From NCBI GenBank assembly GCA_963710755.1, contig CAVQBK010000003.1:416001-480000 (forward strand): a DNA stretch of 64,000 nucleotides. The letters run 5' to 3'. The position numbers were made by a program, and so were the translations under genes. The notes under the pieces are model-generated. The model did no database searches. It was given only the letters and a program-made list of their open reading frames with translations, and was not told the DNA's origin. Positions 9,882-20,327 of the stretch are shown here, one piece after another (the stretch's first letter is position 1; every line of letters begins with the position of its first letter). The DNA is from an uncultured bacterium (GTDB lineage: Bacteria; Oederibacteriota; JAAXVQ01; JAUVAV01).

Positions 9882-10759
9882 GGCGGTTCCAGAGCCTCCC
9901 CGGGGTCCATGGCAGCAGCACTACCGTTCAAATCCATTTCCTTTAGCACCATAATGCCTTCTTCCTTTACCGGTGACCGGTGACTCCAACTGAGGCCCAA
10001 CGTAAGGGCCCGTCCTTCCTGTCGGGTGGGTTTGAGCAGGCAACTGCCGGCAATGAGGTGTTCCCGGCGGGTGAGGTATTGATAATGGCCCTGAATAGAG
10101 CCGTCCCTGGCAGCCAGCCCCAGCATTTGTCCGTAAGCAATCAGTCCGCCTTTAAAAGAGACCCAGACCCGGTTACCGGTCTGTTGAAAATGGTAGAGAA
10201 TAGCGTCTTCCGCCAGGCCCAAGCCCTGGTGGGAAAGAGGCCGGAACATTTTTTTATGATAGCTGATAAATCGCTGATCAGGCGCCAGCAGAGACTTGCT
10301 CATTTTAAAATAAACCAGGCGAACCTCATGATCCAGGGGAATAAAGGTTTCATGATCGATATGATAGCCCAAGCGCAGGTAAAACGCTTTGGCGCCTTTG
10401 CTGGCATCCAAGCAGACGCTGTTTTTGCCGTTCTTGAGGGCATGCTTTTCCAGATAAGCCATGACCTGTTGGCCCAATCCTTGTCGTTGATAAGCCGGAT
10501 CAATAAAGACCCGCTTGATCAGGGAACCCACCAACGTTCCGGTGGCAATGATTTTCTTATGGTCCACCATGACTACGGTATGGCCATTGACCACGTCGCG
10601 TAATATTCGCTGAGGCGTATGCAGTTGTTTATGATAAGCCACGCCAACCGGCGGATAGCCGGAAGTGGTGTCAGCATCCAGCGTGCGGTGAATTAATTCC
10701 TTCACTTCCGCCAAGTCGTCCGGTTTAAAGAGGCGTATGGGAAAAGGCGTTTTAGTCAT
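9872..10759 (-). CDS. GNAT N-acetyltransferase fused to a small C-terminal beta-rich domain
   Basis: VFIDPAYQRQGLGQQ acetyl-CoA motif and FYLRLGY; start reassigned to ATG 10759 behind GGAGG. Confidence 0.8.
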   Translation of the reverse strand: MTKTPFPIRLFKPDDLAEVKELIHRTLDADTTSGYPPVGVAYHKQLHTPQRILRDVVNGHTVVMVDHKKIIATGTLVGSLIKRVFIDPAYQRQGLGQQVMAYLEKHALKNGKNSVCLDASKGAKAFYLRLGYHIDHETFIPLDHEVRLVYFKMSKSLLAPDQRFISYHKKMFRPLSHQGLGLAEDAILYHFQQTGNRVWVSFKGGLIAYGQMLGLAARDGSIQGHYQYLTRREHLIAGSCLLKPTRQEGRALTLGLSWSHRSPVKEEGIMVLKEMDLNGSAAAMDPGEALEPPQD

Positions 10760-10793
10760 CGCAAGTCCTCCTTGGCCTGTAGCGAGATAAGGG

Positions 10794-11684
10794 TCAAAGC
10801 ATCCAGCCAATGGCAATGAGCAGATCTGTGGCCAGCACCAGACCCACATTAGCGCCCTGTGCCGTCACCATGGCCTCAAACTGCTGGTAATTCAGCAGGG
10901 CTGTGCGGCAGGCTTTCCAGGCCAAGGGCAGGGTTAAAAGTCCCAACAAGACCGGCTTTGGAAAAAATTGAAAGATCGCGCCCAGCAGCAAAATAAAATA
11001 AGTGGTCACCAAAGCTGTGGTGTAGAGGATAGCGGCAATCTCTGGTCCTAGCAGGATAACCAGATGACGGCGTCCACCCTGAGCATCAGCTTGAGCATCA
11101 GGAAATTCATTGAGCAGCAGGAGCAGAGCCGTCAAAATGCCGGGGGGGATGGAAATCAGCAGTAGGGGCGCAGTAATGGTGCCGGTTTGGGCATAGTAGC
11201 CGCCAATGACCACTAAGCTGCCCAGACCAATACCTGCCGCCAATTCGCCCAAGGCTGCTTTGGTCAACACCTCGGTGTACAACATCACAATAAGTCCGCC
11301 GGAAACGATAATGGCCAGAAGCGGCCAGCCCACCTGCCAGGAAAGATAAACCCCGATGGCCAGCGCCACGGTCAGGATGGCCGCGGTGACCCATTTGACC
11401 TGCATCGCCGTGGTGCGGCCTGCCGGCAGATTGCCGCTGCCGCCGGAAAAGGGTGTGCGCCTGGTGTTATAGTCAATGCCCGTACGGTAATCGGATAACT
11501 CATTTAAAAGATTGACGCCCGCATGGGCCAGGATCACGCCAAACAAAGCCAGGGTAAAACGCCAGGGGTGAAACGCATGATCCCGCAGGGCCAGAGCTGC
11601 GCTGATGGCCATCAGCACCACCGGCAGCAGCAGAAAAGGGGCGCGAATCTGGGCAAGCCAGAGGGCAAAAGCATTGGCATTCAT
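10794..11684 (-). CDS. menA: UbiA-family prenyltransferase, MenA-like (1,4-dihydroxy-2-naphthoate polyprenyltransferase)
   Basis: NLLNELSDYRTGID..RTPFSGGS and LLNEFPD...D...GRR motifs; multiple TM helices. Confidence 0.75.
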   Translation of the reverse strand: MNANAFALWLAQIRAPFLLLPVVLMAISAALALRDHAFHPWRFTLALFGVILAHAGVNLLNELSDYRTGIDYNTRRTPFSGGSGNLPAGRTTAMQVKWVTAAILTVALAIGVYLSWQVGWPLLAIIVSGGLIVMLYTEVLTKAALGELAAGIGLGSLVVIGGYYAQTGTITAPLLLISIPPGILTALLLLLNEFPDAQADAQGGRRHLVILLGPEIAAILYTTALVTTYFILLLGAIFQFFPKPVLLGLLTLPLAWKACRTALLNYQQFEAMVTAQGANVGLVLATDLLIAIGWML

Positions 11685-11776
11685 ACAAAAAAGTCCTCAC
11701 CGTAAATTTGGCCAAGCATAGCATGGCTTATCGCAGGCTGTAAAGTGGTCAAATGCAAGGCAGAACCTTGGGAAGG

Positions 11777-12250
11777 TTACATCAAAAGGGCTGTGGTCTG
11801 GTTACGGTGTTTTTCCAGGAAGATCAGCACCAGATCGTGCGTGATTTTTTCCGCTTTGAACAGGCGGTATCCGCATTTTTGATAAAAATAAAGATGCCGT
11901 TTGTTGGTTAGGGCGGTCGTGAGTTCAAAACGGTGCGCTGAGGCCAAACGGGTTTCCAGGGCGTCCATCAAGGCGCAACCAATGCCCTGGTTGCGGTAGT
12001 CAAAATGAACCACCAAATCACTGATATAACAAGTCTCATCCTGAAGACAGCCGCTGATGGTGCCGATAATGATATTGTTTTCCACGGCTTTCAGGACTAC
12101 CTGCTGCATGCAGGCACGGCGAAGTTCCTCCAAGGTTGGTGTGGCATGGGGAATATGAGGGTTAAAGGGGAGTGCAGTTCCACGAGACGCCAAGGTATGG
12201 AGGGCAAGAATTTCGGCTGCGTCTTCAGGAGTTGCCTGTTTGATCACCAT
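11777..12250 (-). CDS. GNAT N-acetyltransferase
   Basis: LVVHFDYRNQGIG and LYFYQKCGY motifs. Confidence 0.85.
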   Translation of the reverse strand: MVIKQATPEDAAEILALHTLASRGTALPFNPHIPHATPTLEELRRACMQQVVLKAVENNIIIGTISGCLQDETCYISDLVVHFDYRNQGIGCALMDALETRLASAHRFELTTALTNKRHLYFYQKCGYRLFKAEKITHDLVLIFLEKHRNQTTALLM

Positions 12251-12599
12251 GGCGGCCTCAAAGGGAAATAGATGGGTTAGTTATAGCGCACCTCCCAACC
12301 CTTGTCAAACTGAAACACTACCAAAATGTAATTTGTCAGCCATGGACCTGAAGAGGCCGATGAGTTAGGAAGCATTGGAACAGGAATAAAATAAACCAAC
12401 GTCAGATGCGCTCTATTCTTAATAGCTTGTCCCGCAGTTATAGACAGGATTGATTTTCGACGTTGGTAGCATCGTAATGTTTTTACGATCATGGCTTGCG
12501 GGCTAAGGCATTATTGACTATGATAAGACCCTTGCCCGGCGGGCCTAAAGGTGACTGTCCGGCAGAGCAGGACGTAATCAGGCAAAGGAGCGTGAACAC

Positions 12600-13658
12600 A
12601 TGGAGGTTGTGGTAATTACCGGCGTGGGGGGCTTGATCGGATCGGAGACAGCCCGGTTTTTTCATGAGCAAGGATTTTTTATCGTGGGCATTGACAATGA
12701 TATGCGCAAGTATTTTTTCGGGGAGGAAGCGTCAACCCTTTGGAATCAGAAAAAATTGGAAGAGGACCTGACCCGTTTCCGATGGGTCCAGGCCGATATT
12801 CGCGATCAAAAAAAAATGGAAGCCTTGTTTCAGGAGTATGGGCAGGATATCAAACTGGTGGTGCACACCGCCGCCCAGCCTTCTCATGATTGGGCAGCCA
12901 AGGAACCGCTGACGGATTTTACCATCAATGCCAACGGGACCCTGACGATTCTGGAACAGACCAGGCAGCATGCGCCCAAGGCGGTGTTTATTTTCACCTC
13001 CACCAACAAAGTCTACGGTGATACCCCCAACACCCTGCCCCTGGTGGAATTGGACCAGCGCTGGGAGGTACCGCAAGAGCATCCTTTTCACATCGGTATC
13101 AATGAAAGCATGAGCATCGACCAATCCAAACACAGTCTGTTCGGCGCTTCCAAAGTCGCAGCCGATGTGTTGGTCCAGGAGTACGGCCGCTATTTCGGCA
13201 TGCATACAGCTTGTTTCCGCGGCGGTTGTTTAACCGGGCCCCGTCATTCGGGTACCCAGCTGCACGGGTTTTTATCGTACCTCATGAAATGCGTCATGAA
13301 CGGGCGGCCCTACACGGTATTTGGCTACAAGGGTAAGCAAGTGCGCGACAATATTCACAGCACGGATTTGGTCAACATGTTCTGGCATTTTTATCAGGCC
13401 CCGCGCCAGGGTGAAGTGTACAACGCCGGAGGCAGCCGCCACTCCAATTGTTCCATGCTGGAAGCTATTAAGCTGTGCGAGGCTATCACCGGCAAGAGCT
13501 TGAACTATACCTACCAGGACGACAACCGCGTTGGCGATCATATCTGGTATATCAGTGATGTTTCCAAGTTCCAGGCCCACTACCCGGGCTGGTCCTACCA
13601 ATATAATATTGAGGGGATCTTAAAGGATATTTATCAGGTGCTGGTGGAGAAGGCTTAA
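12600..13658 (+). CDS. NAD-dependent epimerase/dehydratase (CDP-paratose 2-epimerase-like)
   Basis: GVGGLIG Rossmann motif, [26 protein letters not shown]. Confidence 0.9.
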   Translation: MEVVVITGVGGLIGSETARFFHEQGFFIVGIDNDMRKYFFGEEASTLWNQKKLEEDLTRFRWVQADIRDQKKMEALFQEYGQDIKLVVHTAAQPSHDWAAKEPLTDFTINANGTLTILEQTRQHAPKAVFIFTSTNKVYGDTPNTLPLVELDQRWEVPQEHPFHIGINESMSIDQSKHSLFGASKVAADVLVQEYGRYFGMHTACFRGGCLTGPRHSGTQLHGFLSYLMKCVMNGRPYTVFGYKGKQVRDNIHSTDLVNMFWHFYQAPRQGEVYNAGGSRHSNCSMLEAIKLCEAITGKSLNYTYQDDNRVGDHIWYISDVSKFQAHYPGWSYQYNIEGILKDIYQVLVEKA

Positions 13659-13680
13659 GGCCTTTGCCGGACAACCGGCT

Positions 13681-14406
13681 TCAGGTTTTGGGCCCGTTCA
13701 ACAGCGAGACAATGACAATGCTGATGAAGTCCTGGCAGAAATGCATGACCATGGGCGCCACCAGACTGCCGCGCCACAAGTAAACCAGAGAAAATACCAG
13801 GCCCATCATACCGACCGTGATCACGCCCGCGCTGCCCTCATAACCATGACCCAGGGAAAAGATAAACGACGAGATGATCACAGCTGCGGCCGGGCTCTTG
13901 GTGAGCAGGCTGAAACGGCGGATGAGGTAGCCGCGGAAAATGGTTTCTTCGCTGATGGCCACCACCACCACCAACACCGCAGCCAGAACCATCTCCCAAG
14001 TGCCGTGGGCCAGCAGCGGCAGCGGGGTTTTAGGCGAGGACAACCCCAGGTGCTGGAGAAATTGATCGAGCAGGTTGGCTCCGTAAAACATGGGCACAAA
14101 CAGAATCAGCCCCAGCAACACTTCTGTACCCAGATGCTGTTTGGTCCAGCCAATGGTGGGCAGCGGTTCCTGATCGCGGGACAGAAAGACCAGAATAAGG
14201 CCCACCAATGCGAGGTCGCGAAAAAGGGTGGCCAAGGCCACGATTACAAAGCTTACCGATCCGGTCTTGAATGTCCAGAAGGAAAGCACCATGGACGGGA
14301 CAATCAATAGCAGGTAAACTACCAATTCCCAGAACAAGGCTTTTCTTCCCGGCGTCGCCGGCGTGGGATGGATAAGGTCATGCTGGAACGATGAGGGCTG
14401 ATTCAT
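13681..14406 (-). CDS. CPBP/Abi (CAAX-type) intramembrane metalloprotease
   Basis: EETIFRG, FSLGH, H...D motifs; start reassigned to ATG 14406 behind GGAGGT. Confidence 0.9.
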   Translation of the reverse strand: MNQPSSFQHDLIHPTPATPGRKALFWELVVYLLLIVPSMVLSFWTFKTGSVSFVIVALATLFRDLALVGLILVFLSRDQEPLPTIGWTKQHLGTEVLLGLILFVPMFYGANLLDQFLQHLGLSSPKTPLPLLAHGTWEMVLAAVLVVVVAISEETIFRGYLIRRFSLLTKSPAAAVIISSFIFSLGHGYEGSAGVITVGMMGLVFSLVYLWRGSLVAPMVMHFCQDFISIVIVSLLNGPKT

Positions 14407-14604
14407 AAACACCTCCCGCGGTGGTAAGATCTGATCACCATCATGGTACCTCAGGGGAGAATGGAAAACCAGCATTTAATACTCCGACAGCTGGAAAAAG
14501 GAAGCATGACACCGTCCCGTCGTCATAGCCGCCGAAACAGGGGATGTCGCCATACGGAATAATCCCTCTCTCCCTCCGTGACGATGCCATAATGGGTTTT
14601 TGTC

Positions 14605-14660
14605 GTCAAACCGGCGCCGACTTTCGTCGGCGATCCAGCACATGCTGGACCGGTATGCAG
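14605..14660. repeat. REP-like nested-hairpin element (GTCA-CCGG family, branched form)
   Basis: CCGG flanks enclose hairpins CGCCGAC-TTTC-GTCGGCG and TCCAGCA-CA-TGCTGGA; similar to the reverse complement of 32839-32895. Confidence 0.7.
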
Positions 14661-14949
14661 CGGTCTTTATTTTAAAAGTTTTCGGGGATCCCGTTTCTAG
14701 TATGGACATGAGCTGAAGGTTATGATTGCAAATCATTTTAAGAGCACAAGGGGATAACCAGCAACAAAATCCAATTACCACACAGTCTCGGGAATACTGG
14801 TGTGAAAGTCCCCGCGTTGTGACACTGTTTCGAGAAGAAGCGGTGATGTCATCAAACCCTAAGGATGATTTTTTTGCCCTCCAACCGTGAAGGTGGTACA
14901 ATCAACGTTATCGCGCCAACGCCTGCAGTGATGATCAAAAGAGGTACCT

Positions 14950-16479
14950 ATGGGTTGTCCCAGATTAAGAATGTCCAAATCGCAATATATCAAAGGCATG
15001 CAATGCCCTTTGGCCTTGTGGTATTTCAAACACCGCAAGGACCTTATTCCGGAAATCGACGAAGCCAAGCAGGCCCTTTTTGACAGCGGTCATGCAGTGG
15101 GCAATCTGGCCAAGCAACTCTATCCGGAAGGCCGGGAAATTGAGGGTAAGTTTTACGAGATCAGCAAGTTTGTAAACGATACCCAAGCTGCTATTGCCCA
15201 AGGCCAGACCACGCTGTTTGAAGCCGCGGCCTGCACGGCCCAGGGCTTGTACAGCCGCATTGATATCCTGAAAAAAAGCCCGGCCCTAACCGGAGCCTGG
15301 GATCTGATTGAAGTCAAGAGTTCCACCAGCGTTAAACCCTATCAGCTGGAAGACATGGCCGTGCAACGCTTTATTTTTGAGCAGGCGGGAATGATGGTAG
15401 ACCGCTGTTATTTGATGCATATCAACAATGCTTATGTCCGTCAAGGCCCCATTGATCCTCGGGCGTTGTTAATCTCTGAAGATGTGACGGAGGAGGTGCA
15501 AGCCCGCGGCCAGACAGTGGACGCCCAGGTGCAGCGCCTGCTTAAGGTCATGACGTCAACGGAAGAACCGGAAGTACCCATTGGTCTGCAATGCCATGAT
15601 CCCTTTGACTGCGAGTTCATTCACCATTGCTGGAAGCATATTCCTGAATATTCGGTCTACTCCTTGTTTAAGGGCGAAAAACTTCAGAGCCTGATCGATA
15701 AGAACATCACCCGTATTCAGGATGTTCCGGAGAGCATGGAGCTGACCGACAAGCAGCGTATTGACATCCAGGCTTATAAAAAGAACGAACCTCATATCGA
15801 AGCACCGCTGATCAAAGCTTTTTTAGACCAGCTTCACTATCCCCTCTACTTTTTGGATTATGAAACCGTAAGCCATGCTATCCCGCTCTTTGATGGCAGC
15901 GCACCTTTCCAGCAGGTGCCTTTTCAGTTTTCCCTGCATATCCAATATGAACCGAACGGGGCGCTGGAACACAAGGCCTTTTTATATGAAGGCCAGAACG
16001 ATCCCAGGCCGGCGCTGATCCAGGCTTTACTTGAGGCCTGCGGCCGCAGCGGGTCTGTGCTGGTATACTACCAGGCCTTTGAGGCCACGCGTAACAAGGA
16101 AATGGCCGCAGCCTTTCCTGAGGCGGCTCCCGGGTTGTTGGCGCTTAATGAACGGATGGTGGATTTGTGGGTGCCCTTCAACAGCCGCTATTTATATACC
16201 CCGGCGATGCAGAGTTCAGCCTCCATTAAAAAAGTCCTGCCGGCTCTGGTGCCGTCCATGCGTTATGATGACTTGGAGATTAAGGAAGGGGAGAGTGCCG
16301 CGCGTTCTTATCTGGCCTGTTTAACCGGTACGGTCTCTGAGGCGGAAAAGAGACGCCTGTTTCGGGCGTTGCATATCTACTGTCAGCAGGATACTCTGGC
16401 TATGGTGAAGCTGCTGGAAGTACTCGAGCAGTACCGGCCCAAAACCGTTACGCCCGCGATGCAGCTGCCTTTGTTTTAA
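14950..16479 (+). CDS. DUF2779-containing protein (PD-(D/E)XK-like nuclease plus RNase H-like domain)
   Basis: SKSQY...QCPLALW, RIDIL...LIEVKSST, CHDPFDCEF..HC, YFLDYET, PFQFSLH, SIKKVLP, YCQQDT. Confidence 0.85.
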   Translation: MGCPRLRMSKSQYIKGMQCPLALWYFKHRKDLIPEIDEAKQALFDSGHAVGNLAKQLYPEGREIEGKFYEISKFVNDTQAAIAQGQTTLFEAAACTAQGLYSRIDILKKSPALTGAWDLIEVKSSTSVKPYQLEDMAVQRFIFEQAGMMVDRCYLMHINNAYVRQGPIDPRALLISEDVTEEVQARGQTVDAQVQRLLKVMTSTEEPEVPIGLQCHDPFDCEFIHHCWKHIPEYSVYSLFKGEKLQSLIDKNITRIQDVPESMELTDKQRIDIQAYKKNEPHIEAPLIKAFLDQLHYPLYFLDYETVSHAIPLFDGSAPFQQVPFQFSLHIQYEPNGALEHKAFLYEGQNDPRPALIQALLEACGRSGSVLVYYQAFEATRNKEMAAAFPEAAPGLLALNERMVDLWVPFNSRYLYTPAMQSSASIKKVLPALVPSMRYDDLEIKEGESAARSYLACLTGTVSEAEKRRLFRALHIYCQQDTLAMVKLLEVLEQYRPKTVTPAMQLPLF

Positions 16480-16535
16480 CCAACTATTACCACGTTTCCG
16501 GCCCCGCCTGCCATGGCGAGGCCGGTGATCACTGC

Positions 16536-19073
16536 TTATTTCCAGCGCGCCCGCAGCTGGTTGACCGCGATCCGGCCCCGGCCGGGTGCATTGGCTGTGA
16601 ACACCAACTCCACATGATCAATGTACTCCAAATCGGTACTGCCGTTCCCGCCCCACCAATATGTCAAATCAGAAGCCGGAATCACCAGCTCATGCCACTT
16701 ATTATCATAGGGCAGATATTCTATTTTTTTGCCGAAGACCGCACCACTGGAGGTATAGAGCTTGAATTCCATCATGGTATTCAAGCCGTCGCCTTTGACA
16801 TTGACTTCGAAGCGGTGGCTCTTGGTGAGCCGTCCGGAGATGGCTTTTTTAATGCCAAACCAGGATTCTCCGTTGCCGTCGCTCACGTAATTGAGCTCCA
16901 TGGCGTAACCGACCTTGGCGGGAATAAAGATGATGTCCAGCTGGTCACCATTGGATTGAAAACTCTCCCAGCCGTCCATGTGATTGGCCGTAAGCTCTTT
17001 GGGATCGAAATCAAAAATAATGGATTCCTTGGACGGCGTGAGGGTGGACGCTGTAACCAAAGGTGACGAGAGTCCTATAGGGTTGACTGTGGCCATGCCA
17101 AAGGTATAGGTCTTGCCAGGCGTTAATCCGGAAATGGTGGTCTGATATTGGCCGGGACTCATCAGCCCGTGATACTCCACCTGGGAGGGCGGCAGGTGGT
17201 CGAATTGCGTCTTGGTGGTGATGGGATGATCAGCTACTTTGATGGTGTAGGCTGCATGCGGTACCTGGGCGGCCAATAACTGCCAGGTCAGAATAACCTC
17301 ACCGGCATGTTTGCCGGGCACGGCTTCCACATGTCGCGGTGCCGGCGGCAGGGTGCGCTTAAGCTCTTTGCTGAAATGGATATCGTCAAGATAAAACACA
17401 GGTTTTCCAGTATTGGGCCGGGGCTGCACCGTGAACAAGACGGTTTTAACAGCCAAAGAACGTCCTGGGGGAAGTTGGAAGTAAGAGAGGCTCCAAGCAC
17501 CGTCTTTTACGGTTGCTGCGGCTTTCAGACGATGGGGACGGTCGCTGGTATCCATAATCTTGATCTGGAGGTCTTCTACGCCGGCATGCCACAGGCCCAG
17601 GTAGCGATAACCCGTTGTACTCTTCAACCGCGGTTTGGCCATGACCTGCACCTGCTGCTGCCGGGCAGGATAGGCGACCTGCATGGCTAAATGCTGTTCT
17701 TTCACAAAGGTGTCGGTGGGCGAGAAGGTGATACCTTTGCCAAAGGCGCTCCATTGGGCATAGGGCTGGCTGTGAACAGAAGCGTCAAAATTATCCACCA
17801 CCCCCACCAGGCCAATGGTATTCAAGGCCTGGCGGATAAGGGGATGGTTGGAGAAATTGGTCCACACGGTGCCCTTCAAGTAGTTGTCGATCATAAGCAG
17901 AATGGGGCCCTGATTAATGCCCAAATGATCCTGGGAAAAATAATCAACGGTCAGATTAAAGGAATCGGTAAAGCCGTATTTATCGAAGACCTTATCGCCA
18001 TAATTGAGCTTAAGATTATTGATGAAGGCCATGGATTCATTGGGGACGAAGGGTAAAAATCCAATGGCCGCCGAGGGCGCCACCGTACCGTCGTTGTCCT
18101 GGCCATTGTAATATAAGGGGGCGTTGTCGATCACCGGTGCGCCATAGTTGCCGTATTTTTCCGGACCGAGGGCCATGGTCAGACCCCACACATTGGGACC
18201 ATAGCCTTCACCGCGGTGGTCCATGCACCAAGCCCGCGAGGCCAGGGCGAATTCGCGGTCGTTTTCACTGTAATTGGCGAAATAATCCTTTTTCAGTCTG
18301 GGATCAATGAAACAAAAAGGCCACTGATGAGTGTAGGCCGCGCCGTCGCCAAAATAGGAATAAACCGAATAAAAGGTGTGAAAATAACGGTGGCCCAAGG
18401 TGAACCAGCTGGATACGGGAATGGGGTGGGTCGGCGAAGCAATGGCCAGCAAGGTGGCCAGGGTGCCGATTTCATTCATTTGATAATACCCGAAATGCCC
18501 GCTCTTGGGGGTCCAGCCCAGATAAAGACTGTCTTCCTTGGCATTGTAAAACCAGGGCCAATCCACCTGATCGTATATGGCGCGGGAAAGCTTTTCCACT
18601 TCCGTGCCTTTGAAATACTGGCCGACCGTTAAAATCCCGGCCATGCATACGGCCGTGTCAGTGGCGAAGATGCCTTCTACATTGGGCCAGGAGCCGTCCA
18701 CGGTGCTGACCCAATGATAGGGATGGCCATGCTCCATGGCCACCTGGGTTTTGTTGGTTTTGAGTTTTGCCGGGTTGAAACTGCGCAGGGTAATCAAGGC
18801 CCGCTGATAGGCCTGATCGCGGGTGATCCAGCCGTTGTCCGCGCCAATACACAGGCCGGCCAAGCCGAAGCCGATTACGGAAACACTGGCATTTTGATTG
18901 GTAGTGGCATCGCGGATAAGACCGTTTTGCGGATTGGCCTGTTCCCAAAAATAATCGAAAGTGCGCCGCTCGATTTTCTGCAGCAGATGGCGTTCTTCCA
19001 CCGTCAGGGCCGAAGCGGAAAGGCAAAAAGTGGCAAGCAACAGCAAGGCGCCTGCAAGGGGATTCATTTTCAT
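16536..19073 (-). CDS. Secreted glucoamylase-like/GH144-type glycoside hydrolase with FN3 and C-terminal carbohydrate-binding-like modules
   Basis: Signal peptide; FDYFWEQANPQNGLIRD, NDGTVAPSAA, YGFTDSFN, LGINQGP; FN3-like GLTPGKTYTF. Confidence 0.8.
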   Translation of the reverse strand: MKMNPLAGALLLLATFCLSASALTVEERHLLQKIERRTFDYFWEQANPQNGLIRDATTNQNASVSVIGFGLAGLCIGADNGWITRDQAYQRALITLRSFNPAKLKTNKTQVAMEHGHPYHWVSTVDGSWPNVEGIFATDTAVCMAGILTVGQYFKGTEVEKLSRAIYDQVDWPWFYNAKEDSLYLGWTPKSGHFGYYQMNEIGTLATLLAIASPTHPIPVSSWFTLGHRYFHTFYSVYSYFGDGAAYTHQWPFCFIDPRLKKDYFANYSENDREFALASRAWCMDHRGEGYGPNVWGLTMALGPEKYGNYGAPVIDNAPLYYNGQDNDGTVAPSAAIGFLPFVPNESMAFINNLKLNYGDKVFDKYGFTDSFNLTVDYFSQDHLGINQGPILLMIDNYLKGTVWTNFSNHPLIRQALNTIGLVGVVDNFDASVHSQPYAQWSAFGKGITFSPTDTFVKEQHLAMQVAYPARQQQVQVMAKPRLKSTTGYRYLGLWHAGVEDLQIKIMDTSDRPHRLKAAATVKDGAWSLSYFQLPPGRSLAVKTVLFTVQPRPNTGKPVFYLDDIHFSKELKRTLPPAPRHVEAVPGKHAGEVILTWQLLAAQVPHAAYTIKVADHPITTKTQFDHLPPSQVEYHGLMSPGQYQTTISGLTPGKTYTFGMATVNPIGLSSPLVTASTLTPSKESIIFDFDPKELTANHMDGWESFQSNGDQLDIIFIPAKVGYAMELNYVSDGNGESWFGIKKAISGRLTKSHRFEVNVKGDGLNTMMEFKLYTSSGAVFGKKIEYLPYDNKWHELVIPASDLTYWWGGNGSTDLEYIDHVELVFTANAPGRGRIAVNQLRARWK

Positions 19074-19326
19074 GGTCAGCTCCTTTGAGCAGTGTTGGCC
19101 GCACGTTCAGCTCTGGGGCATTATAAGGCTTTTCCCAGCCCTGTCCAACTTTAAATCCAGCACCCTGCCGGCCCGGCACTAAACCCGAAACCCGGCTGGG
19201 GTGTAAGGAAAAAGCCCACCCAGGGACTTAATTATAAAAGGCATTGATGTAACTTGCTTATTTACACAATTTTGACTATCATTAAGCTCGTTAACCTTAA
19301 TCAAAAGAATGGAAAGGGTGAACACC

Positions 19327-20316
19327 ATGGCCTTGACCCTTAATTTGGATTTACCGCAACAATTAACTATGCAAGAGGGAGAAGAGCAGCAAAAAACCTT
19401 TGAGGTCGCCATTTTAGGTGGCGGCCCTGCCGGTATGACAGCGGCTGTTTACCTGGCCAGAAAACAACTGGACACGGTCATGATCACTCCTGATCTGGGC
19501 GGCCAGGTCCTCTGGACCAGCGGTATTGAAAACTACATGGGCTATCAATATATTACGGGTCCGGAATTGTCCAAAAAATTTTCCGAACAGATCACCCAAT
19601 TTCCGATCCGTCTGGCCCAAGGCCAGTCGGTGGCCGCCATCCGCCAGGATGAGCAGGGCCTCTTCCACATGACCTCGGATACGGACAAAACCTTTGTCAG
19701 CCGTGCGGTGATCATTGCCACGGGCAAGCGCTCCCGTCCCCTGGGCGTGCCGGGAGAAGAGGAATACCGCGGCAAGGGTGTGTCCTATTGCTCCATCTGC
19801 GACGGCCCCTTTTTCAAAGGCAAGTCTGTGGTCATTGCCGGCGGCGGCAATTCAGCAGCCACAGCGGCTCTGGAGATGATCGGGCTGGGCAGTCCGGTCA
19901 CCATGATCAATTATGCTCAGGGCTGGCAGGCGGACCCGCTCATAATGGACAAGCTTAAAGACCGGGTCACCTTATTGGATAACCATCAGATTGAGACCAT
20001 CAGAGGCAATGACCAGCAGGTGACAGGCATCACGGTGCAGGACCGGTCCGGCGGAGCCGTGAAGGAATTGGACGCGCAAGGTGTGTTTGTTGAGATCGGC
20101 TTGTTGCCCAACACCGGGCCTTTCAAGGGGTTTGTGGACCTCAATCAATGGGGTGAGATCAATACGGATTGTTTTTCCCGGACTTCCCGGCCTGGTGTCT
20201 ATGCAGCAGGCGACTGCACCAGCGTCCCGGAGAAACAAATTATTATTGCAGCTGGTGATGGCGCCAAAGCCGCATTGGCGGCTTATAGATTTATCAACCA
20301 TCTGCCGGCAGAATAG
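19327..20316 (+). CDS. trxB: Thioredoxin-disulfide reductase (TrxB / AhpF C-terminal-like)
   Basis: GGGPAG, GVSYCSICDG redox CxxC, GGGNSA, GVYAAGD. Confidence 0.85.
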   Translation: MALTLNLDLPQQLTMQEGEEQQKTFEVAILGGGPAGMTAAVYLARKQLDTVMITPDLGGQVLWTSGIENYMGYQYITGPELSKKFSEQITQFPIRLAQGQSVAAIRQDEQGLFHMTSDTDKTFVSRAVIIATGKRSRPLGVPGEEEYRGKGVSYCSICDGPFFKGKSVVIAGGGNSAATAALEMIGLGSPVTMINYAQGWQADPLIMDKLKDRVTLLDNHQIETIRGNDQQVTGITVQDRSGGAVKELDAQGVFVEIGLLPNTGPFKGFVDLNQWGEINTDCFSRTSRPGVYAAGDCTSVPEKQIIIAAGDGAKAALAAYRFINHLPAE

Positions 20317-20327
20317 GAGAAAGCGCT

